DNA of 63,935 nt, counting the filler, from Choristocarpus tenellus KU-1152 (taxonomy: Eukaryota; Protista; Phaeophyceae), in assembly GCA_964200185.2 (NCBI GenBank). It is 12 parts of 12 records of this genome, joined end to end, with 100 filler letters (N's around TTAATTAATTAA, not from the genome) between each part and the next. Parts side by side here need not be neighbours in the genome. Positions count along the whole stretch, not along the records: positions 8,322 to 18,061 come from CAXNAD020003437.1; positions 18,162 to 20,979 come from CAXNAD020024492.1; positions 21,080 to 24,722 come from CAXNAD020018779.1; positions 24,823 to 32,136 come from CAXNAD020006350.1; 8 more parts are not named here. The stretch is one strand, 5' to 3'. The notes beneath the pieces were generated by a model, which saw only the letters and a list, made by a program, of their open reading frames with translations, made no database searches and had not been told where the DNA came from. Each line of letters starts with the position of its first letter. Position 1 is the first letter of the stretch. A program made the position numbers and the translations under genes. Shown here one piece after another: positions 12,750-26,160 of this stretch.

Positions 12750-14330
12750 ACAGAAAAAGGGTACAGCGGAAGAATTGGGGGTGGGAGATATGTATGAAAG
12801 GTGTCTCAAAAGGACACCTGTTTGCTCTGCTAGGTGTGTCAAGTGAGTGTTTGTTCGAGCCACACTATCTAAGTCTCAAGAAGAATGCCGTGTCAGAATC
12901 ATAGGCTCTTGAATCACCTTCTTCATGAGATGCTTTGAATATAAGAGTTCATCCAAACAAAAAAATATGTTTGTTGGTCATTGGTTAGGAGCACGCATGT
13001 CATTCTTTAGAAAGAGAGTGGGGAGAGCAAGTTGGATCAGGATTTTAGAGGTAATGAGACCAAGAAGGGATTGTCTTATCACAGAGCACAATAGGGGTGG
13101 GTGGTTGGTACTTGGGAATTGATAGTGATAGCTAGATTTAGTACCTTAGTTTCCATGAAAGGTCATCAAATCTCAATCTCAATGGAAGAGAGCTGTGAGG
13201 TGGTCATAAACGAAATTTCAGTAGGTTGAGGCGGGTACGGAGTAGCAGACACCAGATATCTCAGCGTTAACAGAAGGAACCAGTTAATGAAACATCACCG
13301 TGTGGGATGTTCAATGCTGGAGAGGATCAAATATCTACTCGCAAGGCACGACGTATTTGGCTCGCTTTGGGGTAGAAATATTCAGATTACAAAACCAAGC
13401 ATGATTGATGGCCGGCCCCCTGAAAGAAGTTATACGGTGTAATGCTACTTTGACACCACCTATTTATCCTGTTGCGAGAAGAACATTGATTGTGGAGGGT
13501 CTTCGATGCATAGCTTCTTCCACGTTAAAAAAAATTCAGATCGAAAAGTCATCTCTGATGGAGATGGGCTAGTGGGAAGGGCATGACTGGCGACATAACG
13601 TGACCACCAGAATATCTACATTGTGCAATTTTTTTATGTGTAAGTATCTCGTAAATTGGCACTCCACCTTATTCTAGACATCTAAACAACTGCCAACCAT
13701 AAAGAAGAATGGCACTCAACCACGAGCTGGAAACCGTGTGGACTGGAGAGGAAATAGTCCAAAACCAATCGACCGTAGGAGTTGTTGCTACCTCATGTAT
13801 TGGTGTATCGGTGCACTTGGTGGTACCAGCACGTAATGGCAACCAGGTCATCTTGAAGGAGAAAGGTGTCGAAAGTGCATTAGACACAACAAACCAAAAA
13901 CAAGATCACGATGACGACTGGCATAGCACCAAGATGAAGTAAGCGCAGGTTATCAGCATCTCTTCAATCATGATGAAGTGCTATCAACCTAATGTATTCC
14001 ACCCATAGTAGGTAAAGGACGAAGGCTGAATAAAAATCTATTCCATCCCACTCACCGTTAGCACAACCAAATTGATGTTCATCGTGACATAAGGTGGCCA
14101 GTTTCGACACCATGCAAGGTGAACGCATACAAGGAGAGTAGATAACTGCCACAGTCCGACGAAGAAAAGCACGATGTAGTCGGGAGTGCCAAGTGGCTCC
14201 CAATCTCGGTCGATTGAAGCCCAAGCCATGACCCACAACCGTTCCTCTCAATCTCGCCCTTGCCTCCGTCACCGACCCACGACAAAAGAATACCTTTACA
14301 CAATTAACACTGCCACTAACCATATATCTG
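12750..14330 (-). mobile_element. Highly decayed Copia-like pre-integrase/integrase remnant
   Basis: 'ATWHSRLH' resembles the GAG-pre-integrase WH.RLGH motif, and 'NVLLATG' is an integrase-like fragment. Many stops. Confidence 0.3.
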
Positions 14331-15559
14331 ACCTAAGCTCAACCAACAGGTGAGGACTAAGAGTGCAAAACAGGGCTTCAAAGGCACACTGTTCAGGAAT
14401 TGCCAAGACCACACCACAGCAAGGCCAGTCACAACTCAAATCGAAGTAGAGTGGATCTTCTTGTGGAATTCAAAGGTGTTTGGTTCCGATGTGGTACACC
14501 CTTCTTGGTTTATGTTAAGAGTATAGTTTGCGAGTTGCTTGTGTGGTCCAAACAAACAGATGTTGAGACTCGGAGTTTTAAACTTTGTATGGTCGTTTCG
14601 ACCAAAGTTTGGATCAAAAACTTTTAAGTTCTTGTTTCAGTGTTCTATTCTACAAATATATATAGCGTAGTAGTATGCACTATTTCAGCATTGTAGTTTA
14701 TCGTGAATGTAGCTGAAATTGATGATTGCATATTATCTCTTCCCCACTATAGAGCCAACACATAATACAGAACAACATCCATTTTAATATAGATATACAT
14801 ACGTATTTATGGAAATTATGTCAGCGTAAACAAATGGAGTTTTGAATTCTATACTTAAATATATATTTCTTAAATTCTGGAAAAACGGAAAGTCATAAAA
14901 TCAAGGAAGTTGGTAGAATATTATTCCGATTACAACATATTATAGAGCCTCCAAAAGAAGGACAGAACACATCACTCCATAGATATATCTACCCGCCCTC
15001 TAACATTTTCCCATGTGTCCAGGAAAAATCCAAACCAATATCACAGGGACCTTTCAAAAAGTAATAGTTATGGAAAACGTGAAACATAAACGTCGCACTA
15101 TTGTGCAGACTGGTTACTGGATTGGTGGAAGCAATGAAATATACAGTTCTACCGTTACAATGACTGATGACATACGATAGATAGAGAGGTAGGAAACGAT
15201 GTAGCATAAAATGTCAGAGGGCATAATAATATTAATATGTAGCATAACCAGTAGTAAAATAGCGAATAGATGAACAACTCTTACTTTTTTAGGGTTTATT
15301 CTGAAATGTTAATAGTTTTTGTTGATTTTTCCCCTCACACATATGTAAAATGTCATCGACCATAATAATATAATATTGACAAACATCCAAAGAAATACCA
15401 ACATGTATGTACCATAATATGAAATTTATAGTGATTGATGACAAGTTCAACTTGAACTATCAAAGAAAAATAAATATGAGATGAAGTGTTGTAATATTCC
15501 ATCAGTTATCCCTGGTACCCCCGTACCCTCCTTATTATGATAGTGATAAGTGATGAACG

Positions 15560-16880
15560 GGAAGATGTACTCGTGCCGATCTAGGAACAACGTCAATTCC
15601 AACCTCGTTCGACGATATATCATCGGTATGCTGTCTGTGCTACAAAGAGGGAGAACAAGTGGACACAGCGGCCTTGTGAATGTTTTTCATTGATCTTCAC
15701 GAGACTGTGAGTGAGATCCTTTCGATGGTAGGTACTGACTGGGCAAGTTTTGTTCGGCCTGCAAGTTGACTTTGGTGACTCGTCAACTTCAGATGAGAAA
15801 TCGAACGTGTGTATAGGTAGATGATGGAGAGTGCTAGGTAAAGTCAGCATTGAAAAAGGTGTTCGCCAGGGGTGTGACCTTGCTCCATTGTTGTTCGATC
15901 TTTTTCCCTGCCACATTGTGATTGAGAGGCCCATAACTGGACACAATTTCCCTGAAGATTGCAACCTAACTCAATGAAATTGCTATTAAATGCAAGATCA
16001 ATTGGAAAGGGGGAAGAGTAGGGAATATCTCTGCAGCTAATGGATTGGTGCATGATATATTTCAATGATGCGGTGGGTTGCGTCAGGTTTTGACCACGAT
16101 GATTACCATGATCGTATCAGTGGGTGAGCCATTTGGACTACCTGTATTCGCGAAGAAGATGGCGGCCATGTGTCGCCTCATCCCCTCGAAACAGCAGAGG
16201 GAGAAATGATCGAGGCTACACGCAAGTTGCATGCCGATTGATATACTCATCTATCCCAGAATCACCACAACAGTGAACCAATAGGTATGAGGGTGTTCAT
16301 GGAGTACAGCAAAGAATAATATGACCAAGCAGTTGGTGTGTTATTCAAGGTTAGGATCAGGATACTTCACGAAGAAGCGCTTGAGGTTCTGCTATATGAT
16401 TTTATGATGTAGACTCTCGGGACAGACCACTATTTCCAGGTTCATTCGGCACTGACCAGTATTGCAAGTTCGTCCAGGTCAGTATGGGTTTGGATTAACT
16501 AAAATGTACGGATCACCCCCTGCCATAAAGCAAAGCATTACAGTAGTGAGAACTGGGTGTGATAGTATAGAGACGACTATGTGCAAACGGAGCCTCCTGT
16601 TTGCGACTTTTAATGGCATGCATGGGGAATCCTCGTTTTCGGCAGATGCATATTTTTTCTGAACTTGCAGCTATGAAACCGAAGGGAAAAATAATATCAG
16701 AGAAAACTAATGACATTGTTTCCAAGATACCCTTGTCTGTTTCAACATCCAAACTAAGAAAATGGGGACTGCTTGTAGAAGACCCAAACCAACAGTGCAG
16801 GTGTGTGAAAGATGGGGTCGAAACAGTTCGTGAACATCTGCCATTCTGGAAGATGGAGGCAGCTGCAGCTTTCCACACGA
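15560..16880 (+). mobile_element. Degenerate RTE-like LINE reverse transcriptase
   Basis: FIDL (~15686), GVRQGCDLAPLLF (~15858) and IYFNDA (YADD-like, ~16055). Frameshifted. Confidence 0.7.
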
Positions 16881-18289
16881 ACGTGACCACAGTCACCAAA
16901 CGCATGTGGTTCTACATAGAGATATCTGGGCTGGGTATGGGCTCTGCCCTGGGATACCCTCTTGTGGTATCTTTGTATCGGTGGATGTAGAGGGCATGGT
17001 CTGATTCTTGAGATATTTCAACTATGATTTGATATAGGCCCCTCCTTTAGTAGTTGTGTCCTTGATGCTGAAGTTTGTACCTGCTTTTTGGGGAGGGGAA
17101 TTGACTTCTAGATCTTTCCTGTTTTTGAAATCTGAACGATTGTCCAAGAGTCCATGTGTCAAGCACTATGTATTGTAAACATCTATTGTCCTCTTCGTCA
17201 TTAAGTCACAACTCAGAATTGTGGAAAACTGATAAACGAGGTAGTAAGTCTTAATTTCGTAGTGACAAGCAGTGGGATAGGCAAACCCAGTGCACAAGAA
17301 ACGAAGGGTGCGGGCAGAGGCAGTGTGTTAGTCGCAATGTAACACATACATGGTAATATGAAAAATTAGTGCAATGTCTAGTGCTTTTGACCGTGGATCA
17401 GGATAGTCCCTTGGTTAAAGTGATAAATGCCAACATGATGAAAGGAACTATTAGGTAGGCATGAAAACTCGGTTTCTAGGTCGCACCTTTTTTTTTATTG
17501 ATTTCATTTTTTAATCTCAATCTTCACTACATCATTAGCGAAGACGTCATTGTATATCGACGCTAAGCGGTAGCCTCAAAATTCGATCTTCTGGGGGGGG
17601 TTAAATTGTTCAAAATCTTTAACGAGATATGTGTAATCCCCCGCACACGGATCTCGCAATTGGGGTTAAGAGGAGTTTTCGACTGTGTGGGTTATGGCGG
17701 AGCAAAAGTCCAGCCTCACACTCTATTCATGCTGAATGATGCATTGGAAAGATCGGAACCCTCACTTTCCACAAGTGCACTGTTTTGTCCTATTGTGGCT
17801 GCACAGTGATGCCTAGAAGTTGAGAAGTTAGTTCAGGGATCAAACTGGCTGATAAGGCTGGGGAAAATCTCAACTTGACTGGTGACATCGAAGGAAACAA
17901 CAGACTCTTCCATGTGGTAGCTGGGAACTGTGCAGGGCCGCCATTGTCTCAGATTCACAAAGTTCAAAGACGTTTACAAGATGCAAGTGGTCTTGCACAG
18001 GGTTATTGTAGTTGGGGTTCTTATGGGTTTGACTCAAAGTATCTGGGGGGGGGGGTGGTGGNNNNNNNNNNNNNNNNNNNNNNNNNNNNNNNNNNNNNNN
18101 NNNNNTTAATTAATTAANNNNNNNNNNNNNNNNNNNNNNNNNNNNNNNNNNNNNNNNNNNNCAGATACTTTGGGTCTGAGACCTACCCTGTGGGCTACCA
18201 GGTTCAAGGGAATACATTACCCAAACAGTTCCACACTTCAAGGGTTCTTTCTACTTATGTGTGTTGTATGATAGCATTGTGTTATCATT

Positions 18290-20300
18290 TTCAAATACTG
18301 GGTCGAACTACTGACATAATAGGCATCCACATCGGCTCTAGTCAGCGAGATCATTGTTCTTCCAAAACCTTAACCCCAAGTCAAGTTATGTGGAAGTTCC
18401 CACTGTTGAATTTGAACACCAGGCTGCACACATTGAAGGTGTGATAAACGATTGTTCCTTTCTTACGTAGAAGCTTGCAACAAGATTCACACTGTGGATC
18501 CTGTCTTTGAAGCACCTCACAAACGTGTACGCTGAAGAAATATCTGTTGATTGGACAGGAAGAGATTCTTCGGATGGACACCACTTTGAATTCAAAATGG
18601 ATCATCCGGGGGCACAAATGGTCATGAAGATGAGAAGCTATGATCAGTCCTTGCATTCAACACATAACCTAACATAGTGTCAGGTGTCAAGCTATTGCAC
18701 GAGAATTGCTTGACCCATTACATGCCATCATCAATTCTGTATTCACTAGTATCGACCATTAAGGTGAAAGCCTTAAGCCTATTGGCCGTATGGTGTTCTT
18801 TAGGGAAGGCTTCAAGGCAGCCGGCCTGACACAAGCTGTAACTCTCTCTCTCTCTCTCCCTCTTGTTGTTTGAAAGAAGTTGCATGGGTGCGCTATTGTG
18901 GACTTCTTAGTCAAACTTAGCCCGAGCAACTCATACACTACCACCAATTCCTTGACTGGTATCAATAGTATGTACTATAGATGTCCTCTCCCTCGCACCA
19001 GCCAATATTGTGGATGTTCAAGGGGTCTAGAAAGGCCAACGGTATACCTTGATCAAATGACTCCAACATCCCACAAACAGAGGTTTCCTGCTAGGGATGT
19101 GATGTGGACTGATGTTGGTCGGGCACCAAGAGTCAGCCTGACTCTATGATCAACTCTTCATGAGCTCAACGCTTTCTGGAAGTTAGTAATGCACACTAAA
19201 ACACGTGACCTAAACACAGGGTACCTTCTCAATGAGATAACAGATGTGCAGGACAACGCTACACACCTGTGTCAAGATGAATTGCCATAGTTGAAACGGG
19301 ACACGCCAGTGCCATCGTACATCATGTTGGTGATGTCAGAGTACATGAACAGAACAAGTCTCGATAAGCACTGGGCATCAATCCACTGTACTTACCTGGG
19401 GGTACTGCTATGAACACAGCAACAGCTAGCTCCACACCATCAATGTTGATTGTGGAAGAGCGGTCGCAGCGCTGCAGTAAGCACACAGTCTCAGGAACAC
19501 ACGACCAACAACACTCAGCTCACCCATTCCAGCACGCAGGAGGTCGAACCCGCCAACTCTGATATCATTCCCTCCTTGATCACTAAACCTGAGATGTTTG
19601 CATAGATACCAATCGTCAAGCATGCCCTTTGGGAGAGACACAACTTGATGCACACCAAGAAAAAAACAGATCCACTATCTCAGTGGGTACTTTGTTTGCT
19701 TACCGGGCATACTTGTAGATGCTGGGGTTGAATTCAAGGTAGGCAAGGGCCTCTGTGATATACAAAGCCTGTGCCGCCTCCGTCATTTGGGACAAACTGT
19801 TGCTGCAGGAGAATTATGCTGACCAAACGTACATGCCGTACTTGAGATACCCGTGAAAGTCTTTGTCTAGGCACTTCATCTAACCCAGGCAACAGCACAC
19901 AGCGGTGGGGTAGAAGCTCAGGATCACATGTTTTAGGGGCACACGCACTGTTGCAGACCCACAGGGTGAAGAATATTGAGGTGTCATATCACTGATTCAA
20001 TGGAACCTTGGTTGCATAAACCTTGGCTTTGACTACTGCATTGGAGAATATGAACTCTCAGAGACTGAATTCCTTGATGGAACTAGTTAATTTTGTACAC
20101 TGTAGGACTAGGACACTCATCCCCTCAGTCCAAGAAAGAATTTTTTCAGGAGCCTTGACTAGGTTGGAGAAGAGCCACCAACACAAAGGTGTCAATCTTC
20201 CCACCAGGCATACATCAGTTGCAGAATTCCTTCACCACTCAGGCACCTCAAGCTTCTCTTCTTCTATGACCTGGAGTACCTTACAACTTCTCAATAGGAA
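18290..20300 (-). pseudogene. Decayed, probably intron-containing DDE-type transposase-like gene
   Basis: Coding-like fragments 'VDHRVRLTLGARPTSVHI', 'ARAKFD.EVHNSAPMQLL', 'LKAFTLMVD' and 'GLIIASHLHDH' occur in the order of DDK..V..G / R..K...ST / VD.G / A..P..S motifs. Recognised by eye only. Confidence 0.3.
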
Positions 20301-20794
20301 CTAGCTAACCTCAGGCATGCAAGAAAGTGTCAATTTTGTCCTCCCTGCAACAATATATGTGGTCATTTAGTCTGATCTCAAGGCAACTTTCATTTCATGT
20401 GCAATTAAAGTTTAAGCAGATATATATTTATATATATGACTATTGCGAAAGCTCACCATTTTCCTTGGGGACTGACCCAGTATTCTTCCAGTTTCACCTG
20501 ATGACAAGAACTACCACCTCAAATAATGACCCAATAACAACACATGCAATGATTAGGATTGAATCAACTCCGACACTGCCACCTTCATCAAGATTGAGAT
20601 TGGGATAGTGGCAAGAAATGATGTTGGAAATGGTAACTACGTCGTTTAGTTGAAGTCTGGAATAGCACTTGTGAGTAGTGTATGAGACTAGAAAAACAAT
20701 TGGAAAGAGGTCATTCTAATCAAACCACAGATATCATAATGATGTCTGAAGAAGCTCAGAGTCTGGGATTTGCATCATGTTTTTTTTCAGGCAG

Positions 20795-20973
20795 GGATCA
20801 AAATACCTGGGGATGGGTTAGCGGCTGTCCATCTGGGGCTCAATTTTTCATATCGCGATTTTGGGGTGATTTGATTGCTTGCATGTTATGGATAATGTAA
20901 GTTCACTTCTCCTGGTCAGGGCCCGAATGGAGACCCTGGTGTACGCACCCCCCCCCCCACGGTCCTTTGGGTC
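20795..20973. mobile_element. MITE family A, diverged near-complete copy
   Basis: Body is homologous to 43389-43560; both TIRs are degenerate. Confidence 0.75.
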
Positions 20974-21399
20974 CGGGCCNNNNNNNNNNNNNNNNNNNNN
21001 NNNNNNNNNNNNNNNNNNNNNNNTTAATTAATTAANNNNNNNNNNNNNNNNNNNNNNNNNNNNNNNNNNNNNNNNNNNNCCAAAAATCACGACATGAAAA
21101 AATTGACTCCAAATGGACAGCCGCCACCCCCTCCCAGATACTTTGAGCCAAAAATCAACTTATCATAAGTTGCTATGGCCACAAACAAACATCCATGTGA
21201 CATATATATATATATCCTTGATCAAGATATATATATATATACACGTAACAACACAACCGTAAATCATTGACTGAAACACAAATATAATTCGCAACACCAA
21301 TATATACAAAAATATATATATTACCTCCACCATAAAATCCAATCAATTATGGAAACTTTTTCATGGATCAGAGCTGATATCAACCGAAGGTTTTGTGTT

Positions 21400-24300
21400 G
21401 GAATTAGGCGTATCCAGACAATGTCGTTGCCTGTATGCAGAAATCATTTCTGCACATTGTGGTAAATCACGTGGACGATAGAATACATCAGAAGCACGGT
21501 CATAGCCTTTAAGGCGTAATCAATATATTCTATGTTCATAGGTGAACGGGGTCCACGGCCAAACTTGTGTCCCACAATAGCTTCAATAATGTAAGGACCA
21601 ATGGTTAATGGGGATTCTAAAACATCAAGATCCGGTAAGGGCAAAGTTCCGCCAAGAGAAAAAAATTCATTGAGTTTCATAAAATCAGGTTCAGGTGGTT
21701 GTGTGTTTGGAATGTAAGGTTTCAAGTGGGCTAAGTGAACAGAAATATCTTTGATGTCACCTTGTTTGCGGACATAGTAAATTACAGGGGAAATCTTGGC
21801 AGTGACTGTGAAAGGTCCACGCCAAGGATGAATCAATTTTGGATTAGGTCCGCCACGGTCAGTGGGTGGACGATGCACCAAAACTTGAGCTCCAACTTGA
21901 AACACAGGGAAAACAAGAGTTTCATTGCTAGCATTCCGTTCTCCCAGATTGCGACTGGCTAATTCAAGAGCTAACTGTAAATTCTCAGCTGTTGATTGAG
22001 TAAACTCTTGACTATTGTGCAACTGTTGTTTTAGATAGACCAAAAAAATGACATCTATCGGTAAAATTGGCCGGCGTCCAAAAAGCAGGAAAAGAGGTGT
22101 TTCTTGCAATGTGGTATTGTATGCCGTATTGTGAGCCAATTGAAGCAATGGAACAACAGTCGCCCAATTATTCTCGGCTATGTTACTGTACATGGATAAC
22201 GTTTGATGCAGAGTAGAATGAACACGCTCTAAAACAGAGTTACCCTGTGGTCTTCAGGGTGTGGTACGAGTTTAAAGGTACCCAAACACTGTCTGCAATT
22301 CCAGAACAAGATTATTTTCAAATTCCGAACCTTGGTGAGAGTGAAGGATTTCGGGTGCCCCAAATGTTGAAATATCCTTTCAAACAAAGCTTTGGCAATG
22401 GTCACTTTTTGTTTGTCTGGAATGGGAATGAGAAAAGCAAAGCGTGTCAACTGACAAATAGCCGAAAGAACATACAGGCAACGACAGGAAATGGTTTTAT
22501 ATTGTACGAGATCAGCAGCAATCCGTTCAAATGGTCGAGTGGCAGGAATTTGTTCTTGCGGCAATGTAGGACATCTGTGAGGAGTTTTTCGTCTTTGGCA
22601 AAGTTGACATCTCTCACACCATTCTCTAACATCTTTTTGAAACACGGGCCACCAATATCGGTCTCGTAACCTTGTCAAGAGTATGAGAAAGACCGAAGTG
22701 ACCTCCCGAAGCGGGATGGTCATGGCAAGCATGCAAGACCAAAGATTGCAATTCTTTTGGAACTAATTGACCACGAAACACAAAAAGCACGGTGTTTGCA
22801 TAAATGCCCTGGAAAATATGATCGGCAAAAGCAAGTTAGTGTCAGCAATGACATAAAAATATGACATGCTATACCTTGATTCCGGGGAGGTAAAGACACT
22901 GAATCAGGGGCTTGTAAATTCGCAAAGTAAAGAGAAAATTGGTTCATTTGTGCTTCACGAATTTTGATGTGGTCCAAAGTTGGAAACATGTTCACTGAAC
23001 TACTAAAACGTTCACGGTCACTCTGAATTATATCTAATTCATGAAGGCGGTCTGGATACATTTCGTATGCTTGACGTGGGATTACCGCACTTGACATTGT
23101 TTTTTCTGGAATATTCCTCCTGTAAAATAGGAGCTAGTACTTTCGGCATACGATCAATCTCAATATCAAAGAGGCGAGAAAGGGCATCAGGTACAACATT
23201 GTCTCTGCCAGGTTTATGATTAACTGTAAAGGCAAAACATTGAAGAGCAAGAGCCCAACGTGTCAACGTATTATCTGTGTCTTCTTGCATGTAATACAGA
23301 TATCTGTGTGCCGCATGGCCAGTGAACAAATCAAAATGTCGACCCCAAAGATATCGATGGCAGTGGTTAATGGCATGGACTACTGCTAAACATTCCTAAT
23401 ATGTGGCTGAATAATTTCGTTGTGCCCCATCAAATTTCTTGCTAAAGTAAGCCACGATATGAAGTGAGGTGTTAGTTGGATCATCTGACGCTTTTTGAGC
23501 AAGAAAACCACCACTGTCCAAATTGGAAGCATCCAAATGTACCAAAAAGGATTTTGAGAAATCAGGATAATTTAAAAGGGGCGCCGATGTTAATGCCGTT
23601 TTAATTTTTGTCAATACGGTATTGTGAATGGATGTCCATGCTTTTCTAATTTCACCAGAAGGTTGTGCTACGAACTATTTACGTGTGAATTTTAGAAGGG
23701 GGTTCTGTCGGGTCTGTATAATGTGGGATGAACTTTCGACAAACGTTGCACATACCAAGGATAGAGCGAATGTCCTTTATTGTTCGAGGAGTGGGTAGGT
23801 CAACAATAGCTTGAACTCGAGCTTTTCCAAGACGTACCCCTGCACTAGAAACAATATGACCAAGGTATTCAACTTCTGCTGAACCAAACTTCAATTTAGA
23901 AGGTTTTAAAGTAAGGCCAGCATTTTGAAGGACCATAAAAAGCTTTTAAAGCAAAGTTATAGGATGGTCTCGACTGGCAGAACAAAGAATGAGATCATCC
24001 GTGTAACATAGCAGACCTGACCCCGTGCCAAAATCAGGTAGAGCTCGAGCCATCATGTGTTCAAAAATAAATGGAGCATTGCTCAAACCAAAAGGAAGAC
24101 GTTTCCACACGAACATGCCTTTATGGGTGACAAAAGCGGTCTTGTCAATGTCTGCTTCCGCCACAGGAATTTGATGATATGCTGATTGAACATCTGCAAC
24201 AGAAAGGAATTTTCCTTCACCAATGGAATAAAGATGTTCTTCAGCTAAAGGCATGGGCCAAGAACGTTTAATTAGGTGTTTATTTACGGTCCGTCCATAA

Positions 24301-24722
24301 TCAATGCAGAATCTTGGGGTCCCATCTGCTTTAGCAACGATAGTAACAGGGGAACCCCATGGGCTAGTACGAGCTTCAATTAGTCCTTGGTTTTGTAGAT
24401 CTTCAACACATTTATCAATAATACCTCTAACCTGTGGATTGGTTCGATATGGTGCTCGACTAATAGGTCTGGTACCTGGTTCGAGAGGGAAATCGGCTTC
24501 AGCAATGGTGCAAGTTCCCCCAATTCGGAAGTGTCAAGGGAAAATACTGAACGGAATTTGGTACAGAGATTCAGTGTTTCTTGTATTCGAGGTGAAGAGA
24601 AAGTAGTGATGGCAAAAGCAGTTTTCAACGCATTATCAAGATGCGTTCGTTCAGACCCGGATAGAGATGTTGCAGATATAGTGTGAGAGTGTTTGGTATT
24701 GACTATATTTGCAGGGTAGATG
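21400..24722 (-). mobile_element. Ty3/Gypsy LTR retrotransposon pol (RT-RNaseH-integrase-chromodomain), frameshifted
   Basis: RT (SAYHQIPV, KTAFVTH, RLPFGLSNAP, YTDDLIL); RNaseH (VHLDAS, QRNYSAT, HKPGRDNVVPDALSR); integrase (RYWWP, C..CQ, PFERIAADL, WRGPF); C-terminal YIIEAIVGHK chromodomain-like segment. Confidence 0.95.
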
Positions 24723-24925
24723 NNNNNNNNNNNNNNNNNNNNNNNNNNNNNNNNNNNNNNNNNNNNTTAATTAATTAANNNNNNNNNNNNNNNNNNNNNN
24801 NNNNNNNNNNNNNNNNNNNNNNCCCTGCAATGTCCTCTCTGGCGGCCTGTCATCATGGCATGTACCCGACATCATTGCCCCTCCACTCCATAGGCTATGG
24901 AAGAGAGGATATGCAGTCCTCAGGA

Positions 24926-25183
24926 GAGTAAAAGCATGTTAGAGGGTACGAGTTTTGCCCTGTTTGTCCATTTGGGGCTTGGCTTCCCACGTTTTTTTTG
25001 GGGCATTTTCCTACTCGAAAATGTTTCGGAGTAAGTAAAATGTATACGTTATGAAAATGTGTGTCCAGAACATGGATATTGACACTTCCTAACAAACACG
25101 ATAGTCAAAATTACATCAAAATTGCAACATTAGATTTTGGCCCCCAAATGGACACGGTTCTACCCTCTAAGATACTTTGGCTC
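24926..25183. mobile_element. MITE family B copy. Others: 28310-28560, 38925-38992, 41864-42039, 45784-45997, 48376-48634, 49690-49980, 50632-50890.
   Basis: TIRs GAG(TG/CC)AAAGTATCTTAGAGGGTA and a shared ~250-bp body. Confidence 0.85.
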
Positions 25184-25779
25184 CTGATCATCATGATGAG
25201 GAGGAGGAGCTGACAGGCAGCATCTGTGAAGGACAGTCTACACTGTGTGCGTGTCAACAAACAACATAATGATGTATTGTATTCACATGACTACCCCCTA
25301 ACAAAGAATGTCTGGTTTAATGAACAGTGGTGGTGAGAGAGGATAATGAAGTCAGTACTTGAAGTCTTTTTGACAACAGAAAAAGGTGCCCTCCGTATTT
25401 GGAGTGTTGGAGGGTGGAACAAAGAACCGTACTAGAACAATCGGTCTAATCTAGCAATCACTCAGGTACCTGTTCAGCAAACCCTTAGTTTTGAAGTATA
25501 TACTCCAGAATGCTACTTTTTATATCATCATACACTTTTGGATTATTATATTCATGTTGGCTAACCCTATCCCCCGACCCTCAGTCTATTCGACTTCCGT
25601 ACTCATCCCTCCCCTAACAATATGTACCCGCGACAAATCAGTAGTGATCGCATAATAAAATACTATTATATACAACTACTACGTACATGCATTGATTGGT
25701 CTATTGGTTTATACATATTTTATTTTAATTTTTATTCATCTTTTATTTGCAAGTGGAGGCTACTTTTATTTTGGAAATA

Positions 25780-26160
25780 TGTGGACAAATATACTCTTGT
25801 TGTGTGTACGTACGCCACAAAAACGCCAGACCAAGAGCAATAAGTAAGGTGGAACTTTAAGGGCAGGTCCAGCTGAAGATTCTAGGGAGGAGACGAAGAG
25901 ATGAGTGGTAGAAGTCCTAACCCAATCAATGCGCGAGAGTCAAGAAGGCAGTAACCGAGGCAATAATATTGTCAGCACAACATTGTGAATATAGAATATT
26001 TGTGTAAGATGAGTGAAGCGTGTAGTGTCTCTGACCACGGGTTGGGATATTCGTAGTATGTAATGTGATGCAAAAAAATAATAAATTGGCAAATTGTGAG
26101 TAACGACACAGATGTAAAACCTCCACCTACTCATACTCGTGCTTTCATATTGACACACAC
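25780..26160. repeat. Dispersed LTR-like repeat; related copies at ~42345-42790 and ~49437-49692
   Basis: Shared motifs gacc..g...aaggtggaa(a)cttt/c.agg, aagatt..ag.ggag, and gtgt...agtg.c.ct.a. TSD not resolved. Confidence 0.5.

Noticed and set aside
17400-17670. piggyBac-like GGGGTTAA end
   Set aside because: No matching opposite TIR or second copy was found in the window.
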